Assembly: GCA_040882355.1 (NCBI GenBank)
Contig: JBBEBM010000079.1
Location: 1-51,928 of the forward strand
Origin: Dehalococcoidia bacterium
Lineage (GTDB): Bacteria > Chloroflexota > Dehalococcoidia > DSTF01 > RBG-16-68-14
Reading direction: 5' to 3'
Length of the DNA: 51,928 nt
Below the pieces are notes generated by a model. The model was not told where the DNA came from and did not search any database. It saw only the letters and a list, made by a program, of their open reading frames with translations. Position numbers and translations under genes: made by a program. Shown in pieces: positions 36,128 through 46,512 of the stretch. Each line of letters starts with the position of its first letter. Position 1 is the stretch's first letter.

Positions 36128-37849
36128 ATGGCGATCCCCTCGAACGAGCCGGACGTCCTGGGCAACACCGACCTCGACTCGTTCGACGCGATCGTCATCG
36201 GCAGCGGCGCGGGCGGCTCGACGGCGGCCTACGTCCTCGCCACAAACGGCAAGAAGGTGCTGGTTCTTGAATCCGGCGACAACTACTTCGAAGGCCTCGA
36301 CGACCCGGACAAGGACAAGCCCGTGCCGCTCTTCAGCAACGACGAGCTGAAGCTCCGCGTCCGCGACCTGATCAGCCCCGACCCACTGCTGGAGCCGCGC
36401 ACGTTCCGCGCCAGCGAGGCGGATGGCGAGCGCACGCACGTCGGCGAGGTGAACAACCTCCCGAAGACCGTCGGCGGCGGGGCCGTCCACGCCGACATGA
36501 AGTACCCGCGCTTCCAGGAGACCGACTTCCGGCTCGGCTCGCTGCTCGGCGAAGTACCGGGCGCCAGCTTCGCCGACTGGCCGCTCACCTACGACGAGCT
36601 GGAGCCCTTCTACGCGGAGGCCGAGCAGATCACCGGCGTGCAGGGCGACGATAGCGCCGACCCGTTCGCTTCGCCGCGCAGCAAGGGTTATCCGATGCCC
36701 CCTGGCGCGCCAATGTACGTCAGTCTGCTCGCCGCCGAGGGCGCCCGCAAGCAGGGCTACCAGCCCTTCCCCTATCCGACCGCGATCAACTCGCGGCCGT
36801 ACCGCGGCCGGCCGCCGTGCGTCGACTGCGGCTTCTGCTCCGGCTACGGCTGCCCGACCAATGCCAAGGGCTCGCCCGCGGTCACGTTCCTGCGCGAGGC
36901 GCTGCTCAGCGAGAACTGCCAGGTGCGTTACAACTGCCACGTCGCGCGCCTGCTCGCGAACGCATCGAAGACGAGCATCGAGGGCGTCGAGTACATCGAC
37001 CCAGACGGAAACCGCCGGCAGGCTAAGGCCGACATCTACGTCCTTGGCGCGAGCGCGATCGAAAGCGCGCGCCTGTGCCTGCTCTCGGACCCGGACGGCG
37101 CGGGCCTTGGCAACTCCAGCGGCCTGGTCGGACGGAACCTGATGTTTCACTTCCAGACGGTCGGCGTCGGCATCTTCCAGCAGCGGCTGCACGGCCATCG
37201 AGGCCGCGCCCTCACGCACGGTATGGCCGACTTTCGCGGCGTGCCCGGCGATCCTGAACGGCCCCTCGCCGGCATCATCGAGTTCGGCGCATCGACGGAG
37301 CTGATCTTCGAGGCCAAGACCTACGCCACAACCCTGGGAATGCGGGGCGAGCGCCTCAAGGAGTTCCTGCGTCAGAGCCCGCTGCGCGACCGCCTGATGG
37401 GGCTGACCATGCAGGCGGAAGACGCCCCGCAGCCCACGAACCGCGTCGACCTCGACCCGGAGGTGCGCGACGTGTATGGCCTGCCCGTCGCGCGCATCAC
37501 GTACCAGAACCACGCCTTCGAGCTATCGGCGCGCGAGTTCTACATGCCTAAGCTGCTCGCCATCGTGCAAGCGGCGGGCGCGCAGTTCGGCTTCATCGCG
37601 CCGCCGGACACGCCGCCGGCGTCGCGTCATATCATGGGCACGCTCCGCATGAGCGACGACGCGCGCTCCTCCGTCTGCGACGGCTTCGGCAAGTTCCACG
37701 ACCTCGAGAACTTGTATTGCGCGGACGGCGCGACCTTCGTCACGTCGTCCGGCTACAACCCGACGCTCACGATTCACGCGCTCGCGCTACGCATGGCTGG
37801 CAACCTCATCTCGCCAAGCAACGCCGCGCGCGTGCTACGTCACACATGA
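36128..37849 (+). CDS. GMC-family FAD oxidoreductase
   Basis: GSGAGG, VGGG, CVDCGFCSGYGCP, HIMGT.RM, NPTLTI. Confidence 0.92.
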   Translation: MAIPSNEPDVLGNTDLDSFDAIVIGSGAGGSTAAYVLATNGKKVLVLESGDNYFEGLDDPDKDKPVPLFSNDELKLRVRDLISPDPLLEPRTFRASEADGERTHVGEVNNLPKTVGGGAVHADMKYPRFQETDFRLGSLLGEVPGASFADWPLTYDELEPFYAEAEQITGVQGDDSADPFASPRSKGYPMPPGAPMYVSLLAAEGARKQGYQPFPYPTAINSRPYRGRPPCVDCGFCSGYGCPTNAKGSPAVTFLREALLSENCQVRYNCHVARLLANASKTSIEGVEYIDPDGNRRQAKADIYVLGASAIESARLCLLSDPDGAGLGNSSGLVGRNLMFHFQTVGVGIFQQRLHGHRGRALTHGMADFRGVPGDPERPLAGIIEFGASTELIFEAKTYATTLGMRGERLKEFLRQSPLRDRLMGLTMQAEDAPQPTNRVDLDPEVRDVYGLPVARITYQNHAFELSAREFYMPKLLAIVQAAGAQFGFIAPPDTPPASRHIMGTLRMSDDARSSVCDGFGKFHDLENLYCADGATFVTSSGYNPTLTIHALALRMAGNLISPSNAARVLRHT

Positions 37850-37931
37850 TCGCCGTTCCGATAGGCTGAAGCCTGTCCAACGGGGGCCTCAGGGCCCGTC
37901 CCTCGGGAGCCTTAGGAAAGGAGAGCCGACT

Positions 37932-38357
37932 TTGTCAGACGGAACGTCACCCACGGCCCACACGAAGCACGGCGACCTGACGCTGGACGAGATCGCCGAG
38001 ATGCAGCCGGGCATGGCCCGCCTCATGCTCGAAGTCTCGGAGCGCTTCTGGATCCTCTACTTCGCCGCGAAGGGCGGCAACTGGGACCTCGCCCGCCACG
38101 AGTTCAGCGAGACGCGCAAGACGCTGCGGATGGCCGGCCTGGTGCGGCCGAAGTACACGCAGGCCCTGGCGCAGTTCGAGGCGGAGCAGCTCGCCGCGCT
38201 CGAGGGGTCGATCAAGGCGAAGGACTGGAGCGCCTTCGACGCCGCCTTCCACGCCGCCGTCGACACCGGCAACGAGAAGCACCGCGAGCTGGGCTACGAG
38301 TACATCGAGTGGCAGGTCCCCGACTCGCCGCCGCCGTACCTACGGGTAACGGGGTGA
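37932..38357 (+). CDS. Hypothetical helical protein (cytochrome c'-like fold suspected, no CxxCH)
   Basis: SD AAGGAG before TTG; QPGMARLM...LYFA..GNW.LA..E pattern. Confidence 0.65.
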   Translation: MSDGTSPTAHTKHGDLTLDEIAEMQPGMARLMLEVSERFWILYFAAKGGNWDLARHEFSETRKTLRMAGLVRPKYTQALAQFEAEQLAALEGSIKAKDWSAFDAAFHAAVDTGNEKHRELGYEYIEWQVPDSPPPYLRVTG

Positions 38358-38387
38358 GGAGCGCGTGGCAGGGCTAAAGCCCTGCAG

Positions 38388-38822
38388 CTACGAACCGGTG
38401 CCGGTTGCGCGCCGCCGGAACACCACCAGCGTGACCTCGTCGTCCACTTCCTCGAAGTCGACCTGCACCGGCAGGCCCGCCGCGTAGTCCTCCACCGGCA
38501 CGTCCACCACGTTCGTCACCATGCGCGGCCCCTCTTCGAGCTGCACGGCGACGACCGGCCACGGCGCCCGCTCGGCGAAGAACGGCAGCAGTGGCGGGTG
38601 GGCCACCGTCCAGCTATACAGCGTCGCGCGTCCGCTCACCTGCGTCCACGCCGTCCGCCGCGAGCCGCAGCCCCCGCACGCGACCTCCGGTGGAAAGCGA
38701 TACGCCGCGCAGTCGTCGCAGCGCTGGAGCACCAGCCGGCGCTCCTTCGCCGCCGACCAAAACGGCTCGGTCAGCTCCGTAGTCGCCGGCAGCGGCCGTT
38801 GCGAGATCATATCTTGCGTCAT
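38388..38822 (-). CDS. Zn-ribbon/OB-fold protein (DUF35/ChsH2 family)
   Basis: PFW, QRCDDC, ACGGC, G.LYSWTV, LEEGPRMVTN. Confidence 0.9.
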   Translation of the reverse strand: MTQDMISQRPLPATTELTEPFWSAAKERRLVLQRCDDCAAYRFPPEVACGGCGSRRTAWTQVSGRATLYSWTVAHPPLLPFFAERAPWPVVAVQLEEGPRMVTNVVDVPVEDYAAGLPVQVDFEEVDDEVTLVVFRRRATGTGS

Positions 38823-39346
38823 CAGCCAGCTCCTTCCCTCGACACGCTCCACGGAGTGAGTCGCGGCACCCACCGTGGAACGTTCCGCTTATACAGACGG
38901 TAGTCGTCGCCGAAGCGCTCCTCCAGTCCTCGCTCCTCGACGAGCGGCAGGTAGAGCGCGTTCGCTAGGACGAACGCCCCGAACCACGCCAGGAGCGGCG
39001 GCGATCCGAGCAATGCGGTCTCGCCCAGCAGCACGCCTAGCACACCGCTGATCATCGGGTTGCGGACGTGGCGGTAGGGGCCCTGCACGACGAGGCGCTG
39101 CGTCGGGTCCCACGGCGCGAGCGTCCCGCGCCCGGCCCCAGCGAAGAGGCCGATCGTCCAGGCCATCAGCGCCAGGCCACCGGCGATGAGGGTCGCACCC
39201 AACGCGAGCGGCGCCAGGCGCGCCGCGCCTCCCAGGCCCCAGCCGATATGCGCGCTCTTCGTAATGTAGAGCAGCAGGCCCGGCACGGCCAACGTCACCA
39301 TCGCCGGAAGGAACGCGATTGCGCGCAGGTGGCGCGAGACGCTCAT
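38822..39346 (-). CDS. Isoprenylcysteine carboxyl methyltransferase/PEMT family membrane protein
   Basis: GTLAPWDPT.RLV.GPY..VRNPM, EE..L..RFG..Y..Y...VPRW. Confidence 0.88.
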   Translation of the reverse strand: MSVSRHLRAIAFLPAMVTLAVPGLLLYITKSAHIGWGLGGAARLAPLALGATLIAGGLALMAWTIGLFAGAGRGTLAPWDPTQRLVVQGPYRHVRNPMISGVLGVLLGETALLGSPPLLAWFGAFVLANALYLPLVEERGLEERFGDDYRLYKRNVPRWVPRLTPWSVSREGAG

Positions 39347-41874
39347 GAGCCCTCCGGCGACCACGCCTCGACCACGCCCTGCGCGATGAGGCTGTCGATC
39401 GCGCCTTCTTCGTATCCCAGCTCCGAGAGGATGGCGCGCGTATGGCCCCCCACCGGCTCCCACGGCCCGTAGCTCAGGTCATGCCCGGAGAACTGCACCG
39501 GCGAACCGTGCCGCCGGTAGGACCCGTAGACCGGCCCGCTCGTCTCCACGGAGTAGCCCTCCTCGCGCATCGATTCGTCTTCCAGCCAGAAGCGTCCGGG
39601 GTCGCGCGACTCGACAGCGGCGAGTGGCACGTCGTGTTCGCGCGCGATGCGCTCCCACTCCTTGGCCGGTCGGGCCTGCAACGCCTCGCCGATGGTGGAC
39701 GCTAGCTCCCTCGCCTCGGGCGAATCGGCCGGCGCCCAGCCCCCGTCCCAGCGCGACTCGAGGTCTCGCTGCTCGATCGTGCGGCAGAAGCCGGCCCACT
39801 CACGGCGTCGCAGGCAGGCGAGGAACACCCAGCCCTCCGCCGTCTCGTACAGGCGATGGAGGGGTCCGATGCCATGGAGATCGCCGTCGACCTGGCGCGG
39901 CGCGGGCCGGCCGTCGTAGGCGATCAGCTCGTCTGAGTTCGCGTACATGTTCGAAGCGATCATCGTCGTCATCATCGACTGGCCCTGGCCCGACTCGTCG
40001 CGCGCGTGGAGGCCGAGCAGCAAGGCCGTTGCGGCGGCGATGGCCGCGTTCACGTCGGGGTTGGCCTCGTTGGCGGCCAGCATGCGCCACGCCTCGCGCT
40101 TTAGGTCGTCGATGGGCAGGTCCTGGCTGTTCGGCGGCGGGTGGCCCGCGCCCACCTGGCGCATGGCGTTGCCCGCGATGGCGCCGGCGATCGGATGGAA
40201 CGCCGGACGGCTCGCGTCCGGCCCGCTGTCGCCGTAGGACGCGCCGTACAGGTAGGCGAGGCGCGGATTGAGCTTGCGACACGTCTCGTCATCGATGCCG
40301 AGGCGCTCCGGCACCCCCGGACGGAAGTTGTGGAGCAACAGGTCCGCGCGCTCGATGAGCCGGTGCGCGATCGCGCACCCGGCGGCGTGCTTCAGGTCGA
40401 CAGCAATGCTCTCCTTGCCCTGCGTCGTCGGGAAGGCGAGCAATCCACCGGCCGAGTAGCGGCTGTAGTCGCCGCCCAGCGCCTCGATCTTGATCACGCG
40501 CGCGCCGAGGTTCGCGAGCAGGCTCGTGGCGTACGGCGCCGCGAAGAACGTCGCGAAGTCGAGCACCATCACGCCAGCGAGAGGCCCGACTTGCGCGACC
40601 GCCGCCCGGCCGTCGCGGGCCGCTGCTGGCCCCGACGCCTTCTGCATGATCGTGGCTTCTGTGTGCTCGCCGAGGCGCGGTGCGCCGCGCTCGATGCCTA
40701 CTTCGCTCTCGGAGTAGCGCGCGAGCGAGCCGGGTTGGCGCGTCGTCGCGCCGTCGAGGCCCGGCACGGAGACGATGTGTTCGTTGTGCATTACCTGGCG
40801 ATGCTCGATCGCCTCGAGCGGCGTGAGGAAGCGGTCGACCGCGACATTCTCGTTCGCGTCGAAGATGCCCGCCCAATCCGCGTACGTCTTCGTCCGCATG
40901 CGTTCGAGCACGGCCTCCCAGAGCGCCTCGGAGTCGCTTTCGGTCGCAACCGAGGGCATCTTGGCGAAGCGCTCCTCGCCGTACAGCTCCACTAGCGCCA
41001 TCGCCTGCATCTGGGCGAGCCAGAGGTGGTCGGCGGTGTTTGCGAACTGGAGCCAGAAACCGTCCTTCGTCACGGCGGGCAGGTAGTTCGGCCGCGGCAC
41101 CCGGAAGTCGGGGCGGTGGACCTGTCGGGGGTTGTAGCTGCGCCCTATTTGCGTCGCCGGCCCGCTGGCCACGGCCGCTTCCGCGCGTGGCTGATTGTAG
41201 AGGCCCTTCGTCGAGGTCCGCTCGGCGGTCGTCGCGTCCACGCCCGCGATCTGGGGCGCGATCCACTGCACCATGTCGTAGGGCATCAGCGCTGCAAGCA
41301 GCGAGACGCTCACCTTCTGGCCGACGTCAGTCTCGCGGCGGTGGCGCAGCGCCGCGAGACTGCCTTGCACGGTCAGCATCGCGGCCGAGAACGACGCGCA
41401 GGGCACGGCGGGGTAGGCGGGCCCCGGCCGGTCCGCGATGCCCTCGAACATCATCATCCGCCCCGACTTCGCGGCGACGAGCGCCTCGTAACCCTTGAGG
41501 TCGCGAAAGCGCTCGTGTTCGCCGTAGCCGGTGATCGACGCGTAGACGACGCCGGGGTTGACGGCGCGCGCCTGCTCGTAGCCGATGCCCAGCCGCTCCG
41601 CGACACCCGGCCGGAAGGAGGCGACGACGACGTCCGTGCCGGTGATGAGGCCCAGCGCCTGTTCGCGCCCTGCCTCGGTTTTGAGGTCGAGGACAACGCT
41701 CTGCTTGCCGCGGTTCCACGTCTGGAAGGCGGGTAGGTCGCGTGCCGGGTCGCCTTCCGGCGGCTCGACCTTGATCACGTCCGCGCCGTTGTCCGCAAGC
41801 ACCATCGTTGCCAGCGGGCCGGCCATCCAGGTGCTGAAATCGATGACGCGAAGGCCGTCGCAGGCGCCGCTCAT
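39343..41874 (-). CDS. Family III CoA-transferase (CaiB/BaiF), two tandem domains
   Basis: Two copies of the GP/AP...LA..GA.VIK.E and GK.S..DLK pattern. Confidence 0.92.
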   Translation of the reverse strand: MSGACDGLRVIDFSTWMAGPLATMVLADNGADVIKVEPPEGDPARDLPAFQTWNRGKQSVVLDLKTEAGREQALGLITGTDVVVASFRPGVAERLGIGYEQARAVNPGVVYASITGYGEHERFRDLKGYEALVAAKSGRMMMFEGIADRPGPAYPAVPCASFSAAMLTVQGSLAALRHRRETDVGQKVSVSLLAALMPYDMVQWIAPQIAGVDATTAERTSTKGLYNQPRAEAAVASGPATQIGRSYNPRQVHRPDFRVPRPNYLPAVTKDGFWLQFANTADHLWLAQMQAMALVELYGEERFAKMPSVATESDSEALWEAVLERMRTKTYADWAGIFDANENVAVDRFLTPLEAIEHRQVMHNEHIVSVPGLDGATTRQPGSLARYSESEVGIERGAPRLGEHTEATIMQKASGPAAARDGRAAVAQVGPLAGVMVLDFATFFAAPYATSLLANLGARVIKIEALGGDYSRYSAGGLLAFPTTQGKESIAVDLKHAAGCAIAHRLIERADLLLHNFRPGVPERLGIDDETCRKLNPRLAYLYGASYGDSGPDASRPAFHPIAGAIAGNAMRQVGAGHPPPNSQDLPIDDLKREAWRMLAANEANPDVNAAIAAATALLLGLHARDESGQGQSMMTTMIASNMYANSDELIAYDGRPAPRQVDGDLHGIGPLHRLYETAEGWVFLACLRRREWAGFCRTIEQRDLESRWDGGWAPADSPEARELASTIGEALQARPAKEWERIAREHDVPLAAVESRDPGRFWLEDESMREEGYSVETSGPVYGSYRRHGSPVQFSGHDLSYGPWEPVGGHTRAILSELGYEEGAIDSLIAQGVVEAWSPEGS

Positions 41875-41984
41875 GTGCGCAAGCCTCTCTTGTTGCTCAT
41901 CACGGTGCCCATTGTACACGGGGAGGGGGGGGGNNNNNNNNNNCTCCAGCGGCCACCCTCCCTCGCGTCTCGTTTCGCGTCGCC

Positions 41985-43238
41985 CTAGCGGGCGGTGGCT
42001 TTGCGCTTCGCTGCCGGGCGGCGCGCGCCGTTCGCGCGGGCGCCGTTCTTGCCAGGCACTGCCAGGTTCTCGAGGTGATAGATGCGCATTGCGTTACCCG
42101 AGCACATGAGCTGGCGCTCCGTCGGGTCGACGTCGTGCATCATCTGGTTGATCAGCAGCCGCGAGTAGGGCCAGTCGTTGCCGTGATGGGGATTGTCGCT
42201 GGACCACATCATGTTCTGCACGCCCACCGAATGCCGCAGCGCGATGCCCGAGAAGTCGTGCATGAAGGTGGCGGCGCAGTTCGTGCGCCAGTAATGGCTG
42301 GGCGGCTCCTGCAGGTCGAAGCCGACCCAGTTGCGGTTCCTCCAGTACCGGTCGTCCATCATCTCGAGGAAGTGAGGGAGCCAGCCCACACCGATCTCGA
42401 CGAAGACGACCTGGAGCTGCGGGAAGCGGTCGAAGACGCCGGTGAAGATGAACTGGCTGATGACCGGCGTAACGCGAGTGAAGACGCCGGCGTAGCTGGC
42501 GATAGCGCGCTTGCGAGCGGCGATCGCCTGCAGGCCTGTCGTAGCGCTCTGCGTCCCCGACTGTTGCTTCAGCAACGCGTCGCGGGACTCGAGCATGATG
42601 TGCACGTGCACCGGCAGACCGGCGTCGACGCAGGCGGCCCAAAACTTGTCGTCGATGTCCGATATCCCGTCGCCGCCGTTCGGCCACGAGCCGATGAGCA
42701 CGCCGCGAGCACCGGCACGCGACGCCTTGCGCACGTACTCGACCGCCTTGTCGATGCCCAGGCTCGGGATCTGGTAAATCGGGAAGATGCGGTTTCGGTC
42801 CGCCGCGAACTCCTCCTGGGCGAACTCGTTGTAGGCGTCGATGCCAGCGAGGGAGACTGCCGGGTCGGGCTGTCCGAGCCAGCGGAAGATCGTGCGCTCC
42901 GGCGGGAAGACGACGATGGCGTCCACGCCATCGATGTCCATGTCCTTCAGGCGCTCCTTGCCGTTGTAGCAGGCCTTGCGCGCCTCATCGTACGACACGC
43001 CGAACCACTTGAAGTCCTCAAAGCGCTTGCCCGGCGTCGTCACCAGGCCGATCGGGTCGAGCGAGCCGGTGCCGTGGTCCCAGGCGTCGCCGCCCTCATG
43101 GTCCTTCTTCAGCTTGGGCGCGTACTCCTGGAACTTCTTCGGCAGGTGCTTCTTCCAGATGTTGGGCGGCTCCAGGATGTGCGTATCTGCGTCGATCAGG
43201 ACGTACTGGCCGGATGGTCTGCTGTTGTTGGCTGGCAT
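41985..43238 (-). CDS. Amidohydrolase_2 family protein
   Basis: DADTH, HVH, FDRFP.L, E.G.GW, WSSDNPH. Confidence 0.88.
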   Translation of the reverse strand: MPANNSRPSGQYVLIDADTHILEPPNIWKKHLPKKFQEYAPKLKKDHEGGDAWDHGTGSLDPIGLVTTPGKRFEDFKWFGVSYDEARKACYNGKERLKDMDIDGVDAIVVFPPERTIFRWLGQPDPAVSLAGIDAYNEFAQEEFAADRNRIFPIYQIPSLGIDKAVEYVRKASRAGARGVLIGSWPNGGDGISDIDDKFWAACVDAGLPVHVHIMLESRDALLKQQSGTQSATTGLQAIAARKRAIASYAGVFTRVTPVISQFIFTGVFDRFPQLQVVFVEIGVGWLPHFLEMMDDRYWRNRNWVGFDLQEPPSHYWRTNCAATFMHDFSGIALRHSVGVQNMMWSSDNPHHGNDWPYSRLLINQMMHDVDPTERQLMCSGNAMRIYHLENLAVPGKNGARANGARRPAAKRKATAR

Positions 43239-43315
43239 GGCTGCTCCTTTCGGGACCGGTTCAGTGGGGAGTGCGCCGTAGTATACCCACCACCCCTTGA
43301 CTTGACAAGACCGAG

Positions 43316-44401
43316 CTACTTGAAGTGGGGGAGTACCTCCTCGCCAAGCAGCCGGATGGTCTGCATCACCTTTTCATGCGGGATGCGGCCCGCCTGCACC
43401 AGCAGGATGAGCTGGTCGACGCCCGCCTCAACGTAGCGCTCCGCCGTCTTCCGGCAGCTGTCCGGCGTGCCGATCATGAGCGCGCCGTTGCGCACCTGCG
43501 CCTCGAAGTCGAAGACGCGGCCGCGCCACTCGCCCTCCCGCTTCGCCATCTCGACGTAGAACTCGTACGACTTGGGCGCTTCCTTCTTTGCGCCCCAAGG
43601 CACGAAGAGGATGTCGATCGAGCTCTGGAAGAACAGCGCTGCTGGCTTGCCCACCTCGATCGCCTCGTCGACCGTCGGCGCGCAGACGCCGAGCGTCGTC
43701 GCGGCGAACTGGTTGTTGACGAACTCGCCGACAGGCTCCGCCTGTTTGATGTTGTCGCGGTAAACCGTCATGATCGTGCTGAGCAGCGCCGGATCGGTGA
43801 AAGCGAAGGACAGCACGCCGAGGCCGAGCTTGCCGCCCAGCGCGAAGGTCTCGGGCTGCGTGCACGCGACCCACATCGGCGGGTGCGGCTTCTGGATCGG
43901 CTTCGGGATCACCGGCCGCGGCGGGATGACGAAGTACTTGCCCTCCCAGGAGAACTCCTCGTCCCGCCACATGCGCGGGATCATCTGCACCGCTTCTTCC
44001 CACATCCCGCGCGAGTCCGATGGGTCGATGCCGAAGCCGCCCAGCTCCTGCTCGGTCAGCGAGCGGCCCGTGCCCAAGTCGAGCCGGCCCTCGCTGAGGA
44101 TGTCGAGCGCCGCAGCCCGCTCCGCGACGCGGATCGGGTGGTTGAACGGGTAAGGCAGCAGCGCGATGCCGTGCCCCAGCCGCACGTTCTTCGTGCGCTG
44201 ACTCGCTGCGGCCAGAAAGACCTCGGGCGCCGGCGAGTGAGAATATTCCTGCAGGAAGTGGTGCTCGACCTCCCAGATGTAATCGAAGCCGACCTGATCG
44301 GCGAGCTCGATCTGCGTCAGGGCGTCGTGGTAGGTGCGGAACTCCGCCCCATCGTCCCACGGCTTCTGCATCTGGAGCTCGTAGATCAGCCCGAACTTCA
44401 T
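43316..44401 (-). CDS. LLM-class flavin-dependent monooxygenase
   Basis: EHHF..YSH, AERAA.LD.LS.GR, PKP.QKPHPP; ATGA overlap with the P450 stop. Confidence 0.92.
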   Translation of the reverse strand: MKFGLIYELQMQKPWDDGAEFRTYHDALTQIELADQVGFDYIWEVEHHFLQEYSHSPAPEVFLAAASQRTKNVRLGHGIALLPYPFNHPIRVAERAAALDILSEGRLDLGTGRSLTEQELGGFGIDPSDSRGMWEEAVQMIPRMWRDEEFSWEGKYFVIPPRPVIPKPIQKPHPPMWVACTQPETFALGGKLGLGVLSFAFTDPALLSTIMTVYRDNIKQAEPVGEFVNNQFAATTLGVCAPTVDEAIEVGKPAALFFQSSIDILFVPWGAKKEAPKSYEFYVEMAKREGEWRGRVFDFEAQVRNGALMIGTPDSCRKTAERYVEAGVDQLILLVQAGRIPHEKVMQTIRLLGEEVLPHFK

Positions 44402-45645
44402 CCGAAGAGCACCGGGAGCGAGACTGGGGATCGGAAGATCAGGCCGCTGATGTGCGGGTCGTGCGCGTCCGGGTCCAGCCGGAGGTTCGGCAGCCGGTCG
44501 AGCAGCGCATTGATCACAACGGTCGTCTCCATGCGGGCCAGGTGCTGGCCCAGGCAAACGTGCGGGCCGAAGCCGAACGCGACGTGCGGGAAGCGCTTGC
44601 GGAAGATGTTGAACTCGTCCGGATTGTCCCAGCGGCTCTCGTCGTGGTTCGCCGCGCCGACAGAGACGTTGATGAACGCCCCTTCAGGTACCGGCACGCC
44701 GCAGACCTCCGCGTCCTTCGCGGCCATGCGCATGATCAGCGTCAGTGGCCCTTCCCAGCGCAGCCCCTCCTCGAGCGCCTGCGGCAGCAGCGACCGGTCT
44801 GCGCGCAGCGCGTCGAGCTGGTCGGTGTGGGTGAGCAGCCCGAAGATGAGGTTGCTCGACGAGCGATATGTGGTCTCGCCTCCGGCCGGCAGGAGCAGGC
44901 GCAGGAATGCGACGATCTCCTCGTCGTTCAGCCGGTGCCCTTCGACGTCAGAGTGCGCGAGAACGCTGATCAGGTCCTCCTGCGGCGCCTTCCGCTTCTC
45001 CTCGATCTTGACCACCAGATAGTCGTGCAGCTTCTGGGAGGCGGCCAGCCCGCGGGGCGGGTCCGCGCCGACGTTGATCAGCTCGATCGCCCAGCGGTGG
45101 AACTGCGGGAGATCCTCCTCCAGCAGGCCAAGCATGCCCGTGATCACGTGGATCGGGAAGGGGAAGGTGAGCTCGCGCACCAGGTCTGCGCTGCCGCGAT
45201 CCACGAACTTGTCGACAAAGCGGTTTACCGTCGGACGGATGATCTCCGCCTCCCAGCGCTCCATCGCGCGGCGGCTGAACGCCTGCTCGAGCAGCGCCCG
45301 GTAGCCGCTGTGCTCCGGCTGGTCCATCTCCAGGATGGAGTGCCCCATCACGATGCCGATCGTGTTCGCGTAGCCCTGCGACGAGAAGGTGGTGCTGTCC
45401 TTCAGGATCTGCGTCACGGCGTCGTAGCTGAGGGCCGAGTACGGCTTGGCGTCGGTGAACATCACCGCCGCCGGGTCGTGCAGCCCGAAGACCATCCATA
45501 GGTTGCCCTCCAGCACGGGCGCCTGTTGGCGCAGCTCGGCGAACTTCGGGAACGGATTGCGCACCCGGTCCGCGCCCAGCGCGTGGTCGAACGCCTCGAA
45601 CGGATCGTACGCGTCGTCTTCGACAGCGGTGCCTTGCGTGGTCAT
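44398..45645 (-). CDS. Cytochrome P450
   Basis: AGGETT, EGLR, FGFGPHVCLG. Confidence 0.95.
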   Translation of the reverse strand: MTTQGTAVEDDAYDPFEAFDHALGADRVRNPFPKFAELRQQAPVLEGNLWMVFGLHDPAAVMFTDAKPYSALSYDAVTQILKDSTTFSSQGYANTIGIVMGHSILEMDQPEHSGYRALLEQAFSRRAMERWEAEIIRPTVNRFVDKFVDRGSADLVRELTFPFPIHVITGMLGLLEEDLPQFHRWAIELINVGADPPRGLAASQKLHDYLVVKIEEKRKAPQEDLISVLAHSDVEGHRLNDEEIVAFLRLLLPAGGETTYRSSSNLIFGLLTHTDQLDALRADRSLLPQALEEGLRWEGPLTLIMRMAAKDAEVCGVPVPEGAFINVSVGAANHDESRWDNPDEFNIFRKRFPHVAFGFGPHVCLGQHLARMETTVVINALLDRLPNLRLDPDAHDPHISGLIFRSPVSLPVLFG

Positions 45646-45825
45646 GGGGAAAACCTCCCGGTTCAGAGCATCACGTTTCGCAGGCCTGAGGGCGGCGCGA
45701 CGCTGCGGGGTTATCGGTATACGCGGTTAGACCCGCACAGCCTGTATAGCCCTGCAAGAGGGGCCTCGCCTACCCCTGTTTGGGGGTTTTCGATTGGGGC
45801 ACCTGTCTACCAGAGTCTCTGGGTG

Positions 45826-46410
45826 CTAAACGAGTCCCTGCCGGGCCGCCTTCGCCGCCAGCTCCGCCCTGCGATTCACGCCGAAGTAGCGCATGATCTT
45901 TTCGATGCGGTCCTTGATCGTGTGGCTGCTCAGGTAGACGCGCTCGGCGATCTCTCGGTTCGACAGCCCGTTGGAGACGAGCTGCAAGATCGTCATGTCG
46001 AGCTTGGAGAGCGGGCGCCCTCCAACCGTCTCCGCGACACGAGGCGCGCTGGCCAGCTCCCACGCCATGGCAAGCGCGCCCACGCGCCGCCCGCGCTGTC
46101 GCACCCATGAGCCGCTCACCTCGACGGTAACCGTACTACCGTCGCTCCGGGTCACGTCCATGACGAACGGACGGATCTCGCTCCCGCCCTGGAACAACCC
46201 CTGGGCGACCTGCGCCTGCTCCGGCGCTAGGATCTCCACGAAGTGCTTCCCGATCAGCTCGTCCGCCTGTCTGCCTAACAGCGCCAGGCCGCGCGCGTTC
46301 ACGTACATGAACCGGCCTTCCAGGTCCAGCGCGAGGATCGCCGCACCCGCGCCCTCCAGTAGGTCGCGGTACTTGATCTTGGGGTGCTCCGCTTGTTCAC
46401 GACCGCTCAC
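45826..46410 (-). CDS. PAS domain LuxR-family transcriptional regulator
   Basis: N-terminal PAS; C-terminal GLSNREIA..LS..TIK HTH. Confidence 0.9.
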   Translation of the reverse strand: MSGREQAEHPKIKYRDLLEGAGAAILALDLEGRFMYVNARGLALLGRQADELIGKHFVEILAPEQAQVAQGLFQGGSEIRPFVMDVTRSDGSTVTVEVSGSWVRQRGRRVGALAMAWELASAPRVAETVGGRPLSKLDMTILQLVSNGLSNREIAERVYLSSHTIKDRIEKIMRYFGVNRRAELAAKAARQGLV

Positions 46411-46512
46411 GATGCTGCTCCGAACCTACGAACGCTCGACAGGGTGCCGAGCGCTCAGACCGAACACAGTGTATCGAAAAGCAGCCTGGGGATGCCGAGG
46501 TGGCGGTCGGGC

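Noticed and set aside
41920..41965. G-run next to the N gap as a G-quadruplex or another family-D repeat
   Set aside because: It abuts an assembly gap, so the sequence is unreliable.
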